Shown piece by piece: positions 47,012-57,741 of a DNA stretch of 64,000 nucleotides. How positions within the stretch are numbered: position 1 is the stretch's first letter; every line of letters starts with the position of its first letter. Source of the DNA: an uncultured Gemmatimonadales bacterium (GTDB taxonomy: Bacteria; Gemmatimonadota; Gemmatimonadetes; Longimicrobiales; Gaopeijiaceae); contig CAWGKG010000007.1 of NCBI GenBank assembly GCA_963823035.1, positions 96,001 to 160,000 of the forward strand, given 5' to 3'. Under the pieces are notes generated by a model. It saw only the letters and a list, made by a program, of their open reading frames with translations, searched no databases and was not told the DNA's origin. Position numbers and translations under genes: made by a program.

Positions 47012-47787
47012 CTACGCCCCTCCCGCGCCGGCCGGCTCCGGCTCCGCGGCCTTCCAGCTCGCCACGAGGAGATCCCGGTTCAGCCGCGCGATGAAGTCGA
47101 TGCTGATCCCCTTCGGACACGCCTCCTGACAGGCCCCGTGGTTCGTGCAGTTTCCGAAGCCCTCGAGGTCGTGCTGCGCCACCATGTCGAGCACGCGCGT
47201 GTAGCGCTCCGGCTGCCCCTGTGGCAGGAGCCCGAGGTGCGCGACCTTGGCCGACGTGAAGAGCATGGCCGAAGCGTTGGGGCACGCGGCTACGCACGCG
47301 CCGCACCCGATGCAGGCCGCCGCGTCCATGGCGCGATCGGCCTCGTGCTTGCGGATCGGGATGGCGTTCGCGTCCGGAGCGCTCCCCGTGCGCACGGAGA
47401 TGTAGCCGCCCGCGTTGATGATGCGGTCGAAGGCGCCGCGGTCCACCACGAGGTCACGCAGGATCGGGAAGCCGGTCGCTCGCCACGGCTCGATCCAGAT
47501 CTCGTCCCCGTCGTGGAAGATGCGCATGTGCAGCTGACACGTGGCCACCATCGTGCGCGGCCCGTGCGGCACGCCGTTGATCATCATCCCGCACGACCCG
47601 CAGATCCCCTCGCGACAGTCGTGCTCGAAGGCGATCGGCTCGTTGCCGTCGTGCACGAGCGACTCGTTGACCACGTCGAGCATCTCGAGGAAGGAGGCGT
47701 GCTCGCTGATGTCCTTCGCCTGGTACGTCTCGAAGCGGCCCCCGGCGGACGGGCCGTCCTGCCGCCAGACGTGGAGTGTCAGGTTCA

Positions 47788-47788
<1 letters not shown>
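47012..47788 (-). CDS. sdhB: Succinate dehydrogenase/fumarate reductase Fe-S subunit
   Basis: [35 protein letters not shown]. Confidence 0.95.
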
Positions 47789-49698
<1,910 letters not shown>

Positions 49699-49710
49699 GG
49701 TCGGGCCTCC

Positions 49711-50409
49711 CTATGAGAACATCCCGGTCAGGACCGCGACCGGGATCGAGATGAAACCGAGGAAGATCACGATGGACACCACCACCGCGAGGGGGCGTCG
49801 CCACCCGGCGTACTTGGGGTGGTTCGCGCCCAGCGTCTGGAACATGCTCCACACGCCGTGATAGAGGTGGAAGAGGATCGCCACCATGGCCAGCCCGTAG
49901 AAGCCCGCGACCAGCGGGTTCGACAGTCCGGTCACCAGGTTGTGGTAGGCGTCCGGAACGCGGTTCGGCCCGCCGCTGTCGAAGCTCGGATGCAGCGTCC
50001 CGGTCGTCATGTGCAGGATGTGGAAGACCAGGAAGACGAGGATCAGCACCCCGCCCCAGCGCATGAGGCCGGACGCGAAGTCGAAGTTCTGGTTGACCTT
50101 CTTGCGGTACTTCGTGTCCCTCGCCGCCCAGCTCTGCCGGGACGTCTGCCACGAGAGGTACACGTGGACGACGAAGGCGAGGAACATCAACGCGCGAAAC
50201 CCCCACAGGAAGCCCATGTCGGGCAGGATGGGCTCCCCGAAGACCCGGAGGTGATGCGCGTAGGAGTTGAAGGCTTCGGCTCCCTGGAAGGCCTTGAGGT
50301 TCCCGGCCATGTGGCCGACCAGGAACCCGAACCAGATGAAGCCGGTGATGGCCATGAGGATCTTCTTCCCCACGGACGACCGGTACAACGCAACGACCCG
50401 TCGCATCAC
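49711..50409 (-). CDS. sdhC: Succinate dehydrogenase cytochrome b558 subunit (single membrane anchor)
   Basis: SSVGKKILMAITG, HMAGN, conserved His in several TM helices, HLYHGVWSMFQTLG. Confidence 0.9.
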   Translation of the reverse strand: MMRRVVALYRSSVGKKILMAITGFIWFGFLVGHMAGNLKAFQGAEAFNSYAHHLRVFGEPILPDMGFLWGFRALMFLAFVVHVYLSWQTSRQSWAARDTKYRKKVNQNFDFASGLMRWGGVLILVFLVFHILHMTTGTLHPSFDSGGPNRVPDAYHNLVTGLSNPLVAGFYGLAMVAILFHLYHGVWSMFQTLGANHPKYAGWRRPLAVVVSIVIFLGFISIPVAVLTGMFS

Positions 50410-50430
50410 GACTCCTTTCTAGGCGAAGAA

Positions 50431-50463
50431 GGCCCGGCCGGGGCAGGCGGCCCCGACCGGGCC
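50431..50463 (-). terminator. Hairpin between mdh and sdhC
   Basis: GGCCCGGTCGGGGC-CGCCT-GCCCCGGCCGGGCC followed by TTCTT on the minus strand. Confidence 0.5.
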
Positions 50464-50500
50464 GGCCGATCGTGTCCTGGGAGGGTCAGGAGAGACCTGC

Positions 50501-51439
50501 TCAACCCAGCGCTTTCAGGTCCTTGACCACGGTGCGGACGGCTTCGGCGCTGTTGGCCAGGGCCGCCTTTTCGTCGGCGCTGAGCTCGACCTCGATGATC
50601 TTCTTCAGACCGCCCTCACCCAGGAGGCAGGGCACGCCGAGGAAGAGGTCCTTCATCCCGTACTCACCCTGCAGCCACGCCGCACACGGGAGGATGCGCT
50701 TCTTGTCCTTGACGATGGCCTCGGCCATCTGGACCGCCGCGGCCGCCGGCGCGTAGTAGGCGCTGCCCGTCTTCAGGTAGCCGACGATCTCGCCGCCACC
50801 CTTGCGGGTGCGCGCGACCAGCGCGTCGATCTTGTCCTGCGGCAGGAGCTGCGTGAGCGGGATGCCGCTCACGGACGCATAGCTGGCCAGCGGCACCATC
50901 GTGTCGCCGTGGCCGCCGAGCACGAGCGCCTGGATGTCCTCGATGCTGACGTCCAGCTCGAGCGCGATGAACGACCGGTAGCGCGCGGAGTCCAGCACGC
51001 CGGCCATGCCGATCACCCGCTCCCGTGGGAAGCCGGTGGTCTCGAGCGCCACCTGCGCCATGACGTCCAGCGGGTTGGACACCACGATGACGATCGAGTC
51101 GGGCGCGCGCTTCTTGATCTCCTCCGACACCGAGCGGACGATGCCCGCGTTGGTCTTGAGGAGGTCGTCGCGGCTCATCCCCGGCTTACGCGCGACGCCG
51201 GCCGTGACGATGAAGATGTCCGACCCGGCGGTGTCGCCGTAGTCGTTCGTGCCGCGGACGCGGGAGTCGAACCCATCGATGGGTGCGCTCTCCCACTGGT
51301 CGAGGCCCTTGCCGATCGGAACACCTTCCAGGATGTCGACCAGGATGACTTCGCGGGCGAGCTCCTTCTGGGCCAGCAGATGCGAGCACGTGGCGCCCAC
51401 GTGTCCACCGCCGACGACCGTGATCTTCTTCACGCTCAT
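50501..51439 (-). CDS. mdh: Malate dehydrogenase (LDH-like)
   Basis: [44 protein letters not shown]. Confidence 0.95.
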   Translation of the reverse strand: MSVKKITVVGGGHVGATCSHLLAQKELAREVILVDILEGVPIGKGLDQWESAPIDGFDSRVRGTNDYGDTAGSDIFIVTAGVARKPGMSRDDLLKTNAGIVRSVSEEIKKRAPDSIVIVVSNPLDVMAQVALETTGFPRERVIGMAGVLDSARYRSFIALELDVSIEDIQALVLGGHGDTMVPLASYASVSGIPLTQLLPQDKIDALVARTRKGGGEIVGYLKTGSAYYAPAAAAVQMAEAIVKDKKRILPCAAWLQGEYGMKDLFLGVPCLLGEGGLKKIIEVELSADEKAALANSAEAVRTVVKDLKALG

Positions 51440-51487
51440 GTTCGTGAAAGCCCCTTTGGGCAGGGATGGCATACGTGCGGATGTTCG

Positions 51488-51516
51488 AACGTATCCGAAC
51501 GTCGGGGAGGGGTCAA
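51488..51516 (-). promoter_or_regulatory. Sigma70-like promoter for mdh
   Basis: TTGACC-N17-TACGTT. Confidence 0.55.
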
Positions 51517-51557
51517 CGAACCACGGCGCTCATCCCGCGTCTTCCGCGGGGCGGGCC

Positions 51558-52538
51558 TCAGCCTCCCGTCTGCGAGAGCGCGACCAGCCCTCCCGAGCCC
51601 ACCGCGCTCCCCTGGATCAGGTAGTGGCGCTGGGGCTTGATACGCAACGTCTCTTCGATCAGGGGGACGAGGTCCGCACCTTGGCGCAGCGGATCGCGCA
51701 GGTTGGTCTGGAGATCACCGAAGAGGCACGGGCGCAGGTGTCCGTCCGCCGTGAGCCGCATGCGGTTGCACCGGTCGCAGTACGTGTGGCTCATCGGCGT
51801 GATCACGCCGACCGTGCCGGGAGCGCCGGGGAAGCGGTAGTACGTCGCGGGCCCGTTTCCGGGCGGGCCCGCCACGGGCTCCAGCCGCTCGACGGCGCGT
51901 AGCCGCTCCAGTGCCTTCTGGCAGGAGAAGTACTGGTTCGTGCTCAGGTCCAGGTTCGAGCCCGTGGGCATGAGCTCGATGAAGCGCACGTGCCAGGGGC
52001 GCTCGCGCGTGATGGCCGCGAAGTCCTCGATCTCGTCGTCGTTGGTCCCGCCCATGAGGACCACGTTCACCTTGATCGGCTCGAAGCCCACCCGCTCGGC
52101 GGCGTCGAAGCCCGCCATGATCTTCGGGAAGGACCCGGGACGGCGGGCGATGTCGTCCACGCGGTCCTCGCGCAGCGAGTCCAGCGACACGTTCACGCGC
52201 GTGATCCCGGCGGCCCGCAGCGCCTCGGCGTGCGGCTCGAGGAGGACGGCGTTCGTCGAGAGCGAGAGGTCGTCGATGCCCGGCACCCGGGCGAGCATCC
52301 CGATCAGCTCCGGGAGGTCGCGGCGCACGAGCGGCTCGCCCCCCGTGATCCGGACCCGACGCAGGCCCATCCCCGCCATCGTGCGGACGATCTTCTCGAT
52401 CTCCTCGTAGGTGAGGAGCTCGTCGCGACGCATCCACGGCATCCCCTCCAGCGGCATGCAGTACACGCACCTCAGGTTGCACTTGTCCGTGACCGACACC
52501 CTCAGGTACTCGATGCGTCGTCCGAACTGGTCCTTCAT
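51558..52538 (-). CDS. moaA: GTP 3',8-cyclase
   Basis: YLRVSVTDKCNLRCVYCMP, TGGEPL, CDRCNRMRLT..LRPCL, C-terminal GG. Confidence 0.95.
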   Translation of the reverse strand: MKDQFGRRIEYLRVSVTDKCNLRCVYCMPLEGMPWMRRDELLTYEEIEKIVRTMAGMGLRRVRITGGEPLVRRDLPELIGMLARVPGIDDLSLSTNAVLLEPHAEALRAAGITRVNVSLDSLREDRVDDIARRPGSFPKIMAGFDAAERVGFEPIKVNVVLMGGTNDDEIEDFAAITRERPWHVRFIELMPTGSNLDLSTNQYFSCQKALERLRAVERLEPVAGPPGNGPATYYRFPGAPGTVGVITPMSHTYCDRCNRMRLTADGHLRPCLFGDLQTNLRDPLRQGADLVPLIEETLRIKPQRHYLIQGSAVGSGGLVALSQTGG

Positions 52539-52996
52539 CGCACGCCCCCCTCCAGGCGGTGGGTGTCCCCGACCGGGGGCACGGCGCCCTCCACCCACGC
52601 TTCGTCGCCGTCGGCGTAGCGCTCCTTCTTCCAGACGGGAAGCCGCTTCTTGATCTCCTCGATCACGTAGCGGGAGGCGGCATAGGCCTCCTCCCGATGG
52701 GGGCTCGACACGGCGATGGCCACGCTCGGCTCCCCGATCGCGAGCTCTCCGACGCGATGCTCCACCGCCACGCGCTCGGTGCCGAGCCGCTCGGCCGCCT
52801 CCCGTGCGATCTCGGCGAGCACGGGGCGCGCCATCTCCTCGTAGGCGTCGTAGCGCATCCCGGACACGGAGCGCCCGTCCGCATGATCCCGGACGATGCC
52901 GACGAAGAGAAGCGCCGCACCGTCCTCCGCTTCGCCGACGCGAGCGAGAAGAGCGGTCGGATCGAGCGGGCCGCGCACGACGTCGGCGTGGATCAT
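52535..52996 (-). CDS. moaE: Molybdopterin synthase catalytic subunit
   Basis: FVGIVRD, HRVGEL, SSPHR, KKRLPVWKKE. Confidence 0.95.
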   Translation of the reverse strand: MIHADVVRGPLDPTALLARVGEAEDGAALLFVGIVRDHADGRSVSGMRYDAYEEMARPVLAEIAREAAERLGTERVAVEHRVGELAIGEPSVAIAVSSPHREEAYAASRYVIEEIKKRLPVWKKERYADGDEAWVEGAVPPVGDTHRLEGGVR

Positions 52997-53006
52997 CGGC
53001 GTGCCC

Positions 53007-53258
53007 TCACCCCCCCGCCACCGGCGGGATGAAGGCGACCTCGTCGCCGCCGCCCAGGCGCTCGGAGAGCGGCGCGTAGCTGAGGTTGACGGCCACGGCC
53101 GGCTCGGACGGAAGGGCGTCGAAGGGCCGCCCGCGACCGCGCAACTCGGCCACGAGGTCCCCCACCGTCGCGCCGTCGGCGAGCTCCACCGACAACTCCG
53201 GGGCGCCCACCAGGTCGCGATAGGCCGCGAAGAAGAGCGTGCGGACAGAAATCGTCAT
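53007..53258 (-). CDS. moaD: Molybdopterin synthase sulfur carrier
   Basis: FFAAYRD, AVN, DEVAFIPPVAGG. Confidence 0.95.
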   Translation of the reverse strand: MTISVRTLFFAAYRDLVGAPELSVELADGATVGDLVAELRGRGRPFDALPSEPAVAVNLSYAPLSERLGGGDEVAFIPPVAGG

Positions 53259-53289
53259 GGACCCGGGCAGGTAGGGGACAGGGCATTCA

Positions 53290-53319
53290 ACCGTACGCTA
53301 ACCCCGCGCCCGACGTCAA
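53290..53319 (-). promoter_or_regulatory. Sigma70-like promoter for moaDEA
   Basis: TTGACG-N18-TACGGT. Confidence 0.45.
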
Positions 53320-53861
53320 CGTTCCGGAAGGAACAGCTCCCCCGCGGGCGGCCCCCCGGGCCCTCCCGGGCCTCCCGGTCCACCTCCACGCAGCCGACGG
53401 ATCCGCTGGCCCATTTCCTCGCGGAGCGCCTGGAAGCGGAGCACCTGCATGGGCGTCAGGATCTCGAGGAGCTTCGCCTGCTCGCCGGCCGAGAGGCGCG
53501 TCTCCTCCTCGTGCAGCGCCTGCATGCGATCGAGCAGCTCGCGTGCCTCGGCCGCGTCGTCCCCGCCTTCGAGCATGAGCGCCTCGACGCGCTTGCGCGC
53601 CGCCTGCTCCTCGCGGAAGAGGCGCATGCGGTCCTGCTGGAAGCTCTGGACCGTCTGGCCGAGCCTCTCGGCCTGCTCGTCCGTGAGCCCGAGGCGCTGC
53701 TTGACCATCTCGCCGAAGCGGGCGCGCACCCGGCGCTCGAGCTCGGTGCGATCCTGTTGTCCGGCCCGCCCCTGCATCCGTTGCGCGGACAGCGGTGCAC
53801 CCCCCGCCGCGGTGAGGGCGAGCAGGAGGAGCAGACGTCCGGCGGTGGTGGCGCGCGTCAT
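53316..53861 (-). CDS. Spy/CpxP-like periplasmic helical protein
   Basis: Signal peptide, LGLTDEQ and ILTPMQ (LTxxQ) motifs, GP-rich tail. Confidence 0.75.
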   Translation of the reverse strand: MTRATTAGRLLLLLALTAAGGAPLSAQRMQGRAGQQDRTELERRVRARFGEMVKQRLGLTDEQAERLGQTVQSFQQDRMRLFREEQAARKRVEALMLEGGDDAAEARELLDRMQALHEEETRLSAGEQAKLLEILTPMQVLRFQALREEMGQRIRRLRGGGPGGPGGPGGPPAGELFLPER

Positions 53862-54322
53862 GCCTGGCCTCCGCTCATCTCGGCGAGGAGCTGCTCCAGG
53901 GCGTCGTCCGAGAGCCCATCCAGCGCCGGAGCGCCCGCGATGAGGCCGTCGTCGCTCAGCCACAGCCCGTCTTCGTCCACGTCGACACCCGCCACGTACG
54001 CCGGCACCTCGACGCTCGAGCCCTGCCTGGAGCTGACACCGATGCCCAGGGCGAGGGCCGCCACGGCGGCCGCCGCCAACCCCCACCACGGGCGGTGCAC
54101 CATGCGCCCGCGCCGTCCGAGCGCCGACTGGATGCGTCCGGCCAACGCGGCGGGAGCCTCCGGCCGCGACACCGACAGGATCGCGACCAGCTCGGCCTCC
54201 CCCCGGCAGTCGTCGCAGGTCTTCAGGTGCGTCCCCACTTCGGTTCGCGCGGCGGGGCTCAGTGCCCCGGCCACGTAGTCCGGGATCGCCTCACGCGCGC
54301 GCTCGCAAACCATGTCGCTCAT
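53858..54322 (-). CDS. Zinc-finger (ZAS/zf-HC2) anti-sigma factor
   Basis: HLKTCDDC (HxxxCxxC), one TM helix, follows the ECF sigma gene. Confidence 0.85.
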   Translation of the reverse strand: MSDMVCERAREAIPDYVAGALSPAARTEVGTHLKTCDDCRGEAELVAILSVSRPEAPAALAGRIQSALGRRGRMVHRPWWGLAAAAVAALALGIGVSSRQGSSVEVPAYVAGVDVDEDGLWLSDDGLIAGAPALDGLSDDALEQLLAEMSGGQA

Positions 54323-54873
54323 TCCATCAACTCCCGAAGCCTGCGGATCCCGTGGAAGTAGTTCACCCTCGCGGCTCCTTCGCTGGAGCCGATGACCTCC
54401 CCGATCTCGCGGAAGCTCAGCCCCTCGTCGACGCGCAGCTGTACCGACATCCGCTGCTTCTCAGGTAGCTTCGCCAACATCTCCCTCGCCTTCGCCGCCT
54501 CCTCTTCGATGGCCGCCCGATCCTCGGGGCTGGCCTCTGGACTCTCGACCGGTGCCACCCCGTCGAGCCCCGTCTCCCTGCGCCGCATCGCCTTGCGGAG
54601 CGCGCCCTTCGCCGCGTTCGCGGCGATGGTCAGCAACCACGTCCGGAAACTCGCGTCCCCCCGAAACCCGTCCAGCCCGCGGAACGCCTTCAGGAACGCG
54701 TCCTGAGCGACGTCCTGCGCCAGATCCGGGTCGGAGACGAGCGACAACGCCACCCGGAACGCCGCACCGTGGTGTCGATCCACGAGGCGATTCATCGCCG
54801 TCGGGTCGCCGTCGCGGGCGCGACGAACCAACTCCTCGTCGGACGCCGCGTCCGCTCTGTCTCCAGACCTCAC
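54319..54873 (-). CDS. ECF RNA polymerase sigma factor
   Basis: DEELVRRA, AQDVAQDAFLKAF, FRTWLLTIA, EGLSFREIG. Confidence 0.92.
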   Translation of the reverse strand: MRSGDRADAASDEELVRRARDGDPTAMNRLVDRHHGAAFRVALSLVSDPDLAQDVAQDAFLKAFRGLDGFRGDASFRTWLLTIAANAAKGALRKAMRRRETGLDGVAPVESPEASPEDRAAIEEEAAKAREMLAKLPEKQRMSVQLRVDEGLSFREIGEVIGSSEGAARVNYFHGIRRLRELME

Positions 54874-54970
54874 CGGATGTCAGACGCCCCGTCGGCCGGG
54901 TTCGTTAAACGGAGTCCCGGCGGACGGGGCGCGTGCGGGGGCATGGGCCCGTCGACGTCCATCGCGCGTG

Positions 54971-55270
54971 TCAGGCCCTCGCAGGATCCCTCTTCGCCAC
55001 GCGGTTGCGCAGATGCTTGGAGGGTTTGAAGACCGGGACGCTCCGCGAGGGAACCTCCACCGGGTCTCCGGTGCGGGGGTTGCGGGCCGTGCGCGTCTTG
55101 CGCCGGCGGACCTTGAAGGTGCCGAAGCCGCGGATCTCGATGTTCTCCCCGTTGGCCAGGGCGCGCTTGACCGCGTTCAGGAAGCCGTCCACGACGAGCG
55201 CGCAGTCCTTCTTCGTGATCCCGGGCCCGATGGCGTCGGCAACCTGCTCGACGAGGTCCGCCTTGGTCAT
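54971..55270 (-). CDS. HU/IHF family DNA-binding protein (IHF-beta-like)
   Basis: MTKADLV, IEIRGFGTF, ARNPRTG, PVFKPSK. Confidence 0.93.
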   Translation of the reverse strand: MTKADLVEQVADAIGPGITKKDCALVVDGFLNAVKRALANGENIEIRGFGTFKVRRRKTRTARNPRTGDPVEVPSRSVPVFKPSKHLRNRVAKRDPARA

Positions 55271-55326
55271 GCTTCCTCCATGAGGTGTCGCACGAAACGA
55301 TCGCGCTCTCGCGCTGCGTCGACGCC

Positions 55327-55355
55327 ACGGTAATGGCACCCGACCGCACTCGCAA
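55327..55355 (-). promoter_or_regulatory. Sigma70-like promoter for the HU/IHF gene
   Basis: TTGCGA-N17-TACCGT. Confidence 0.5.
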
Positions 55356-55400
55356 GAACTGCTGAGTCGTTGTGACAGACGAACTTGCAGCGCCGCGCCG

Positions 55401-56520
55401 TCAGGGCGTCGATCGAGCGCGATGCTCCATGAGGGCGATGAACCGGTCGAAGAGATACCGGCTGTCGTGCGGGCCGGGCGCGGCCTCGGGGTGGTACTGC
55501 ACGCAGAACACCGGCAGGGTGCGGTGCTCCACCCCCTCGACGGTGCCGTCGTAGAGGTTGACGTGGGTGAGGCGCAGGTCGGGCGCCCCGGGGATCCCGC
55601 CGTCCTCGTCGGCACGAACCGCGAAGCCGTGATTCTGCGAGGTGATCTCGACGGTGCCGCGGTCGAGGTTCTTCACGGGATGGTTCCCGCCGTGGTGCCC
55701 GAAGGGGAGCTTGTACGTCGCCCCGCCGAAGGCCCGCGCGATGAGCTGATGACCCAGGCAGATGCCGAAGACGGGGATGTCGGCTTCGGCGAGGCCGACG
55801 ATGGCCCGCTCCGCCTTCGAGACGGCGGCCGGGTCGCCGGGCCCGTTGGAGACGAAGAGCCCGTCCGGGGGATCCGCCAGGATCGACGGGACGGAGCGTG
55901 TCGGCCGGGAGGACGGTCACGCGGCATCCGCGCTCCGCGAGGAGCTTGGGAGAGTGGGCCTTCACGCCGAAGTCGTACGCCAGGACGTGGAAGCGCTCCT
56001 GGCCGACGGCCGGCACCTCGTACGGCTCCCTCGTCGAGACGCCGCACGCGAGGTCCAGCCCCTCCATCACCGGGTGGGCCGAGATCCGCGCCATCACCTC
56101 GTGGACCGGCTGGTCGGCGGGCGCGATCGCGCCCCGCATGGCGCCCCGGCTGCGGATGTGGCGGGTGAGCGCGCGCGTGTCGATGTCGGCGATCCCGGTG
56201 ATGCCCTTCTCCCTCAGGTACCCGTCGAGCGAGCCCTCGGAGCGCCAGTTCGACGGGCGGCGGGCGGCCTCACGGACGATGAAGCCCGCCACGCGTGGAT
56301 CGGGCGACTCGCGGTCCTCGCGGTTCACGCCGTAGTTGCCGATGAGCGGGTAGGTCATCGTCACCAGCTGGCCCGTGTACGACGGGTCCGTGAGTACCTC
56401 CTGGTACCCGGTCATGCAGGTGTTGAAGACCACCTCGCCGAGGGCGAGCCGGGGTGAGCCGAAGAAGACGCCTTCGAAGCGGCGTCCGTCTTCCAGGAGG
56501 AGGTAGGCCCGATCTTCCAA
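55401..56520 (-). CDS. carA: Carbamoyl-phosphate synthase small subunit (frameshift near 55895)
   Basis: [40 protein letters not shown]; second frame [19 protein letters not shown]. Confidence 0.92.
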
Positions 56521-56715
56521 AGCGCGGGGCTCCGGTGGGAGGGGGTCGGGTATGCGACGTCCGCGAAAGCTAGGAAGCCCACGGAGTGACGCAATGCTCC
56601 CCCCCGCCTCCGGCTCCGTCGGCGCGTCCCCGGCGCCGCGAGAACCACCCGGGCTCCCGGGGTTCGGGCGCCGTTGTTACCTTCGGCGCTCCTTCTCCTC
56701 GAGCTCCGAGCCGCG

Positions 56716-57282
56716 ATGCCCCGCCAGACCGTCCACGTCCACGCCGACGAATCCTGCCTGGGCAACCAGTTCCAGGACCGCGCCACGCCCGGCGGAGCCG
56801 GCGGGCTCGTCGAGGTCTGGCGCGACGGTGCATGGCAGCGGCGGGACTACTGGATCTCGGAGCCCGACACGACGAACAACCGGATGGCCCTGCGCTCCGC
56901 CATCGAGGCGCTGCGCGGCCTGAAGCGGCCGTGCTCGTGCGCTTCGTCTCCGACAGCCAGTATCTCGTGAAGGGGATCTCCGAGTGGCTCCCGGGATGGA
57001 AGAGCCGCGGGTGGCGCCGGAAGGCGGGGCCGATCGAGAACCTCGAGCTCTGGCAGGAGCTGGACGGGTGGCTCGGGCGCCACGAGGTCCGCACCCGAGT
57101 GGGTGCGGGGCCACGCGGGGCACCCCCGCAACGAGTACGCCAACCACCTCGCCACCACGGCCGCGAAGGAGCAGTCGGCGTCGGGGGGGATGGTCGACTC
57201 GGGGTTCGAGGCGTGGCTCGAGGAGGAGCGGGAGCGGGGTCGGTATCTGGACTTCCAGGAGTTCCTGCCCCCCGGAGGGTGA
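56716..57282 (+). CDS. rnhA: Ribonuclease HI-family protein with atypical active-site residues (two frameshifts, ~56935 and ~57095)
   Basis: HADESCLGN..PGG, TTNNRMAL, SDSQYLVKGISEWLPGWKSRGW, NLELWQELD, WVRGHAGHPRNEYAN; stop TGA at 57280-57282. Confidence 0.85.
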
Positions 57283-57325
57283 CGACTCGTCCCGGAAGGC
57301 GTCGGTCCGGCGGCACGCATACCCC

Positions 57326-57368
57326 AAAAGTCGAAGCGGCCCGGTCACCGAAGTGCCCGAGCCGCTTC
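57326..57368 (-). terminator. Intrinsic terminator (possibly bidirectional)
   Basis: Minus strand GAAGCGGC-UCGG-GCAC-UUCG-GUGA-CCGG-GCCGCUUC then GACUUUU; plus strand ends in TTCTT. Confidence 0.7.
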
Positions 57369-57706
57369 TTGCTCGAAGGAGCTGCCGGCCGCTACACGCT
57401 GCGCCTGCATCCTCCCTTCTGCGCTGGCAGGATCACGGTCCTTGTTTGGGTCCGTCCACGTGCGGACGGCTGGACCTTCACCTTTCCTCCCCTCTTCGCG
57501 CCACGCGGTCCGTGGCGAGGGGCGCCCCCCGAATTCGTCTGGGGGCCTGCCCGACAGGGCCAGCGACCTCCCTGCCGTGCTCCCCGGGTTTCCCAAACCC
57601 CGGTTCGCTTGCCGCCGTGACGCCGTCGCGCCAGGCAACTGCCTTTCGGATTCGTCGGAGGGATGACCATCGCCATCGTCTTTCAACGAGCCGCATCCGA
57701 AACGCG
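57326..57706 (-). ncRNA. Candidate large structured non-coding RNA of unknown family
   Basis: Promoter-like TTGCAC-N17-TAGATA(TACACT) upstream; a series of nested helices with GAAA/UUCG loops; intrinsic terminator; no credible CDS. Confidence 0.5.
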
Positions 57707-57741
57707 AGTGTATATCTACGAGGCCACCCGCCGGGGTGCAA
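57707..57741 (-). promoter_or_regulatory. Promoter-like element for the candidate ncRNA
   Basis: TTGCAC (57736-57741)-N17-TAGATA followed by TACACT, in an AT-richer context. Confidence 0.45.

Noticed and set aside
57470..57525. RNase P RNA, suggested by a hairpin followed by GGGGAGGAAAG
   Set aside because: The motif is not followed by UCC.GGC, lies in the middle of the element rather than near its 5' end, and no canonical 3' CR-V sequence is present; a cmscan would settle it
57326..57706. tmRNA, SRP or 6S RNA
   Set aside because: No tRNA-like ends or CCA, no recognisable proteolysis tag, no SRP domain IV motif, and the fold is multibranched rather than a single rod
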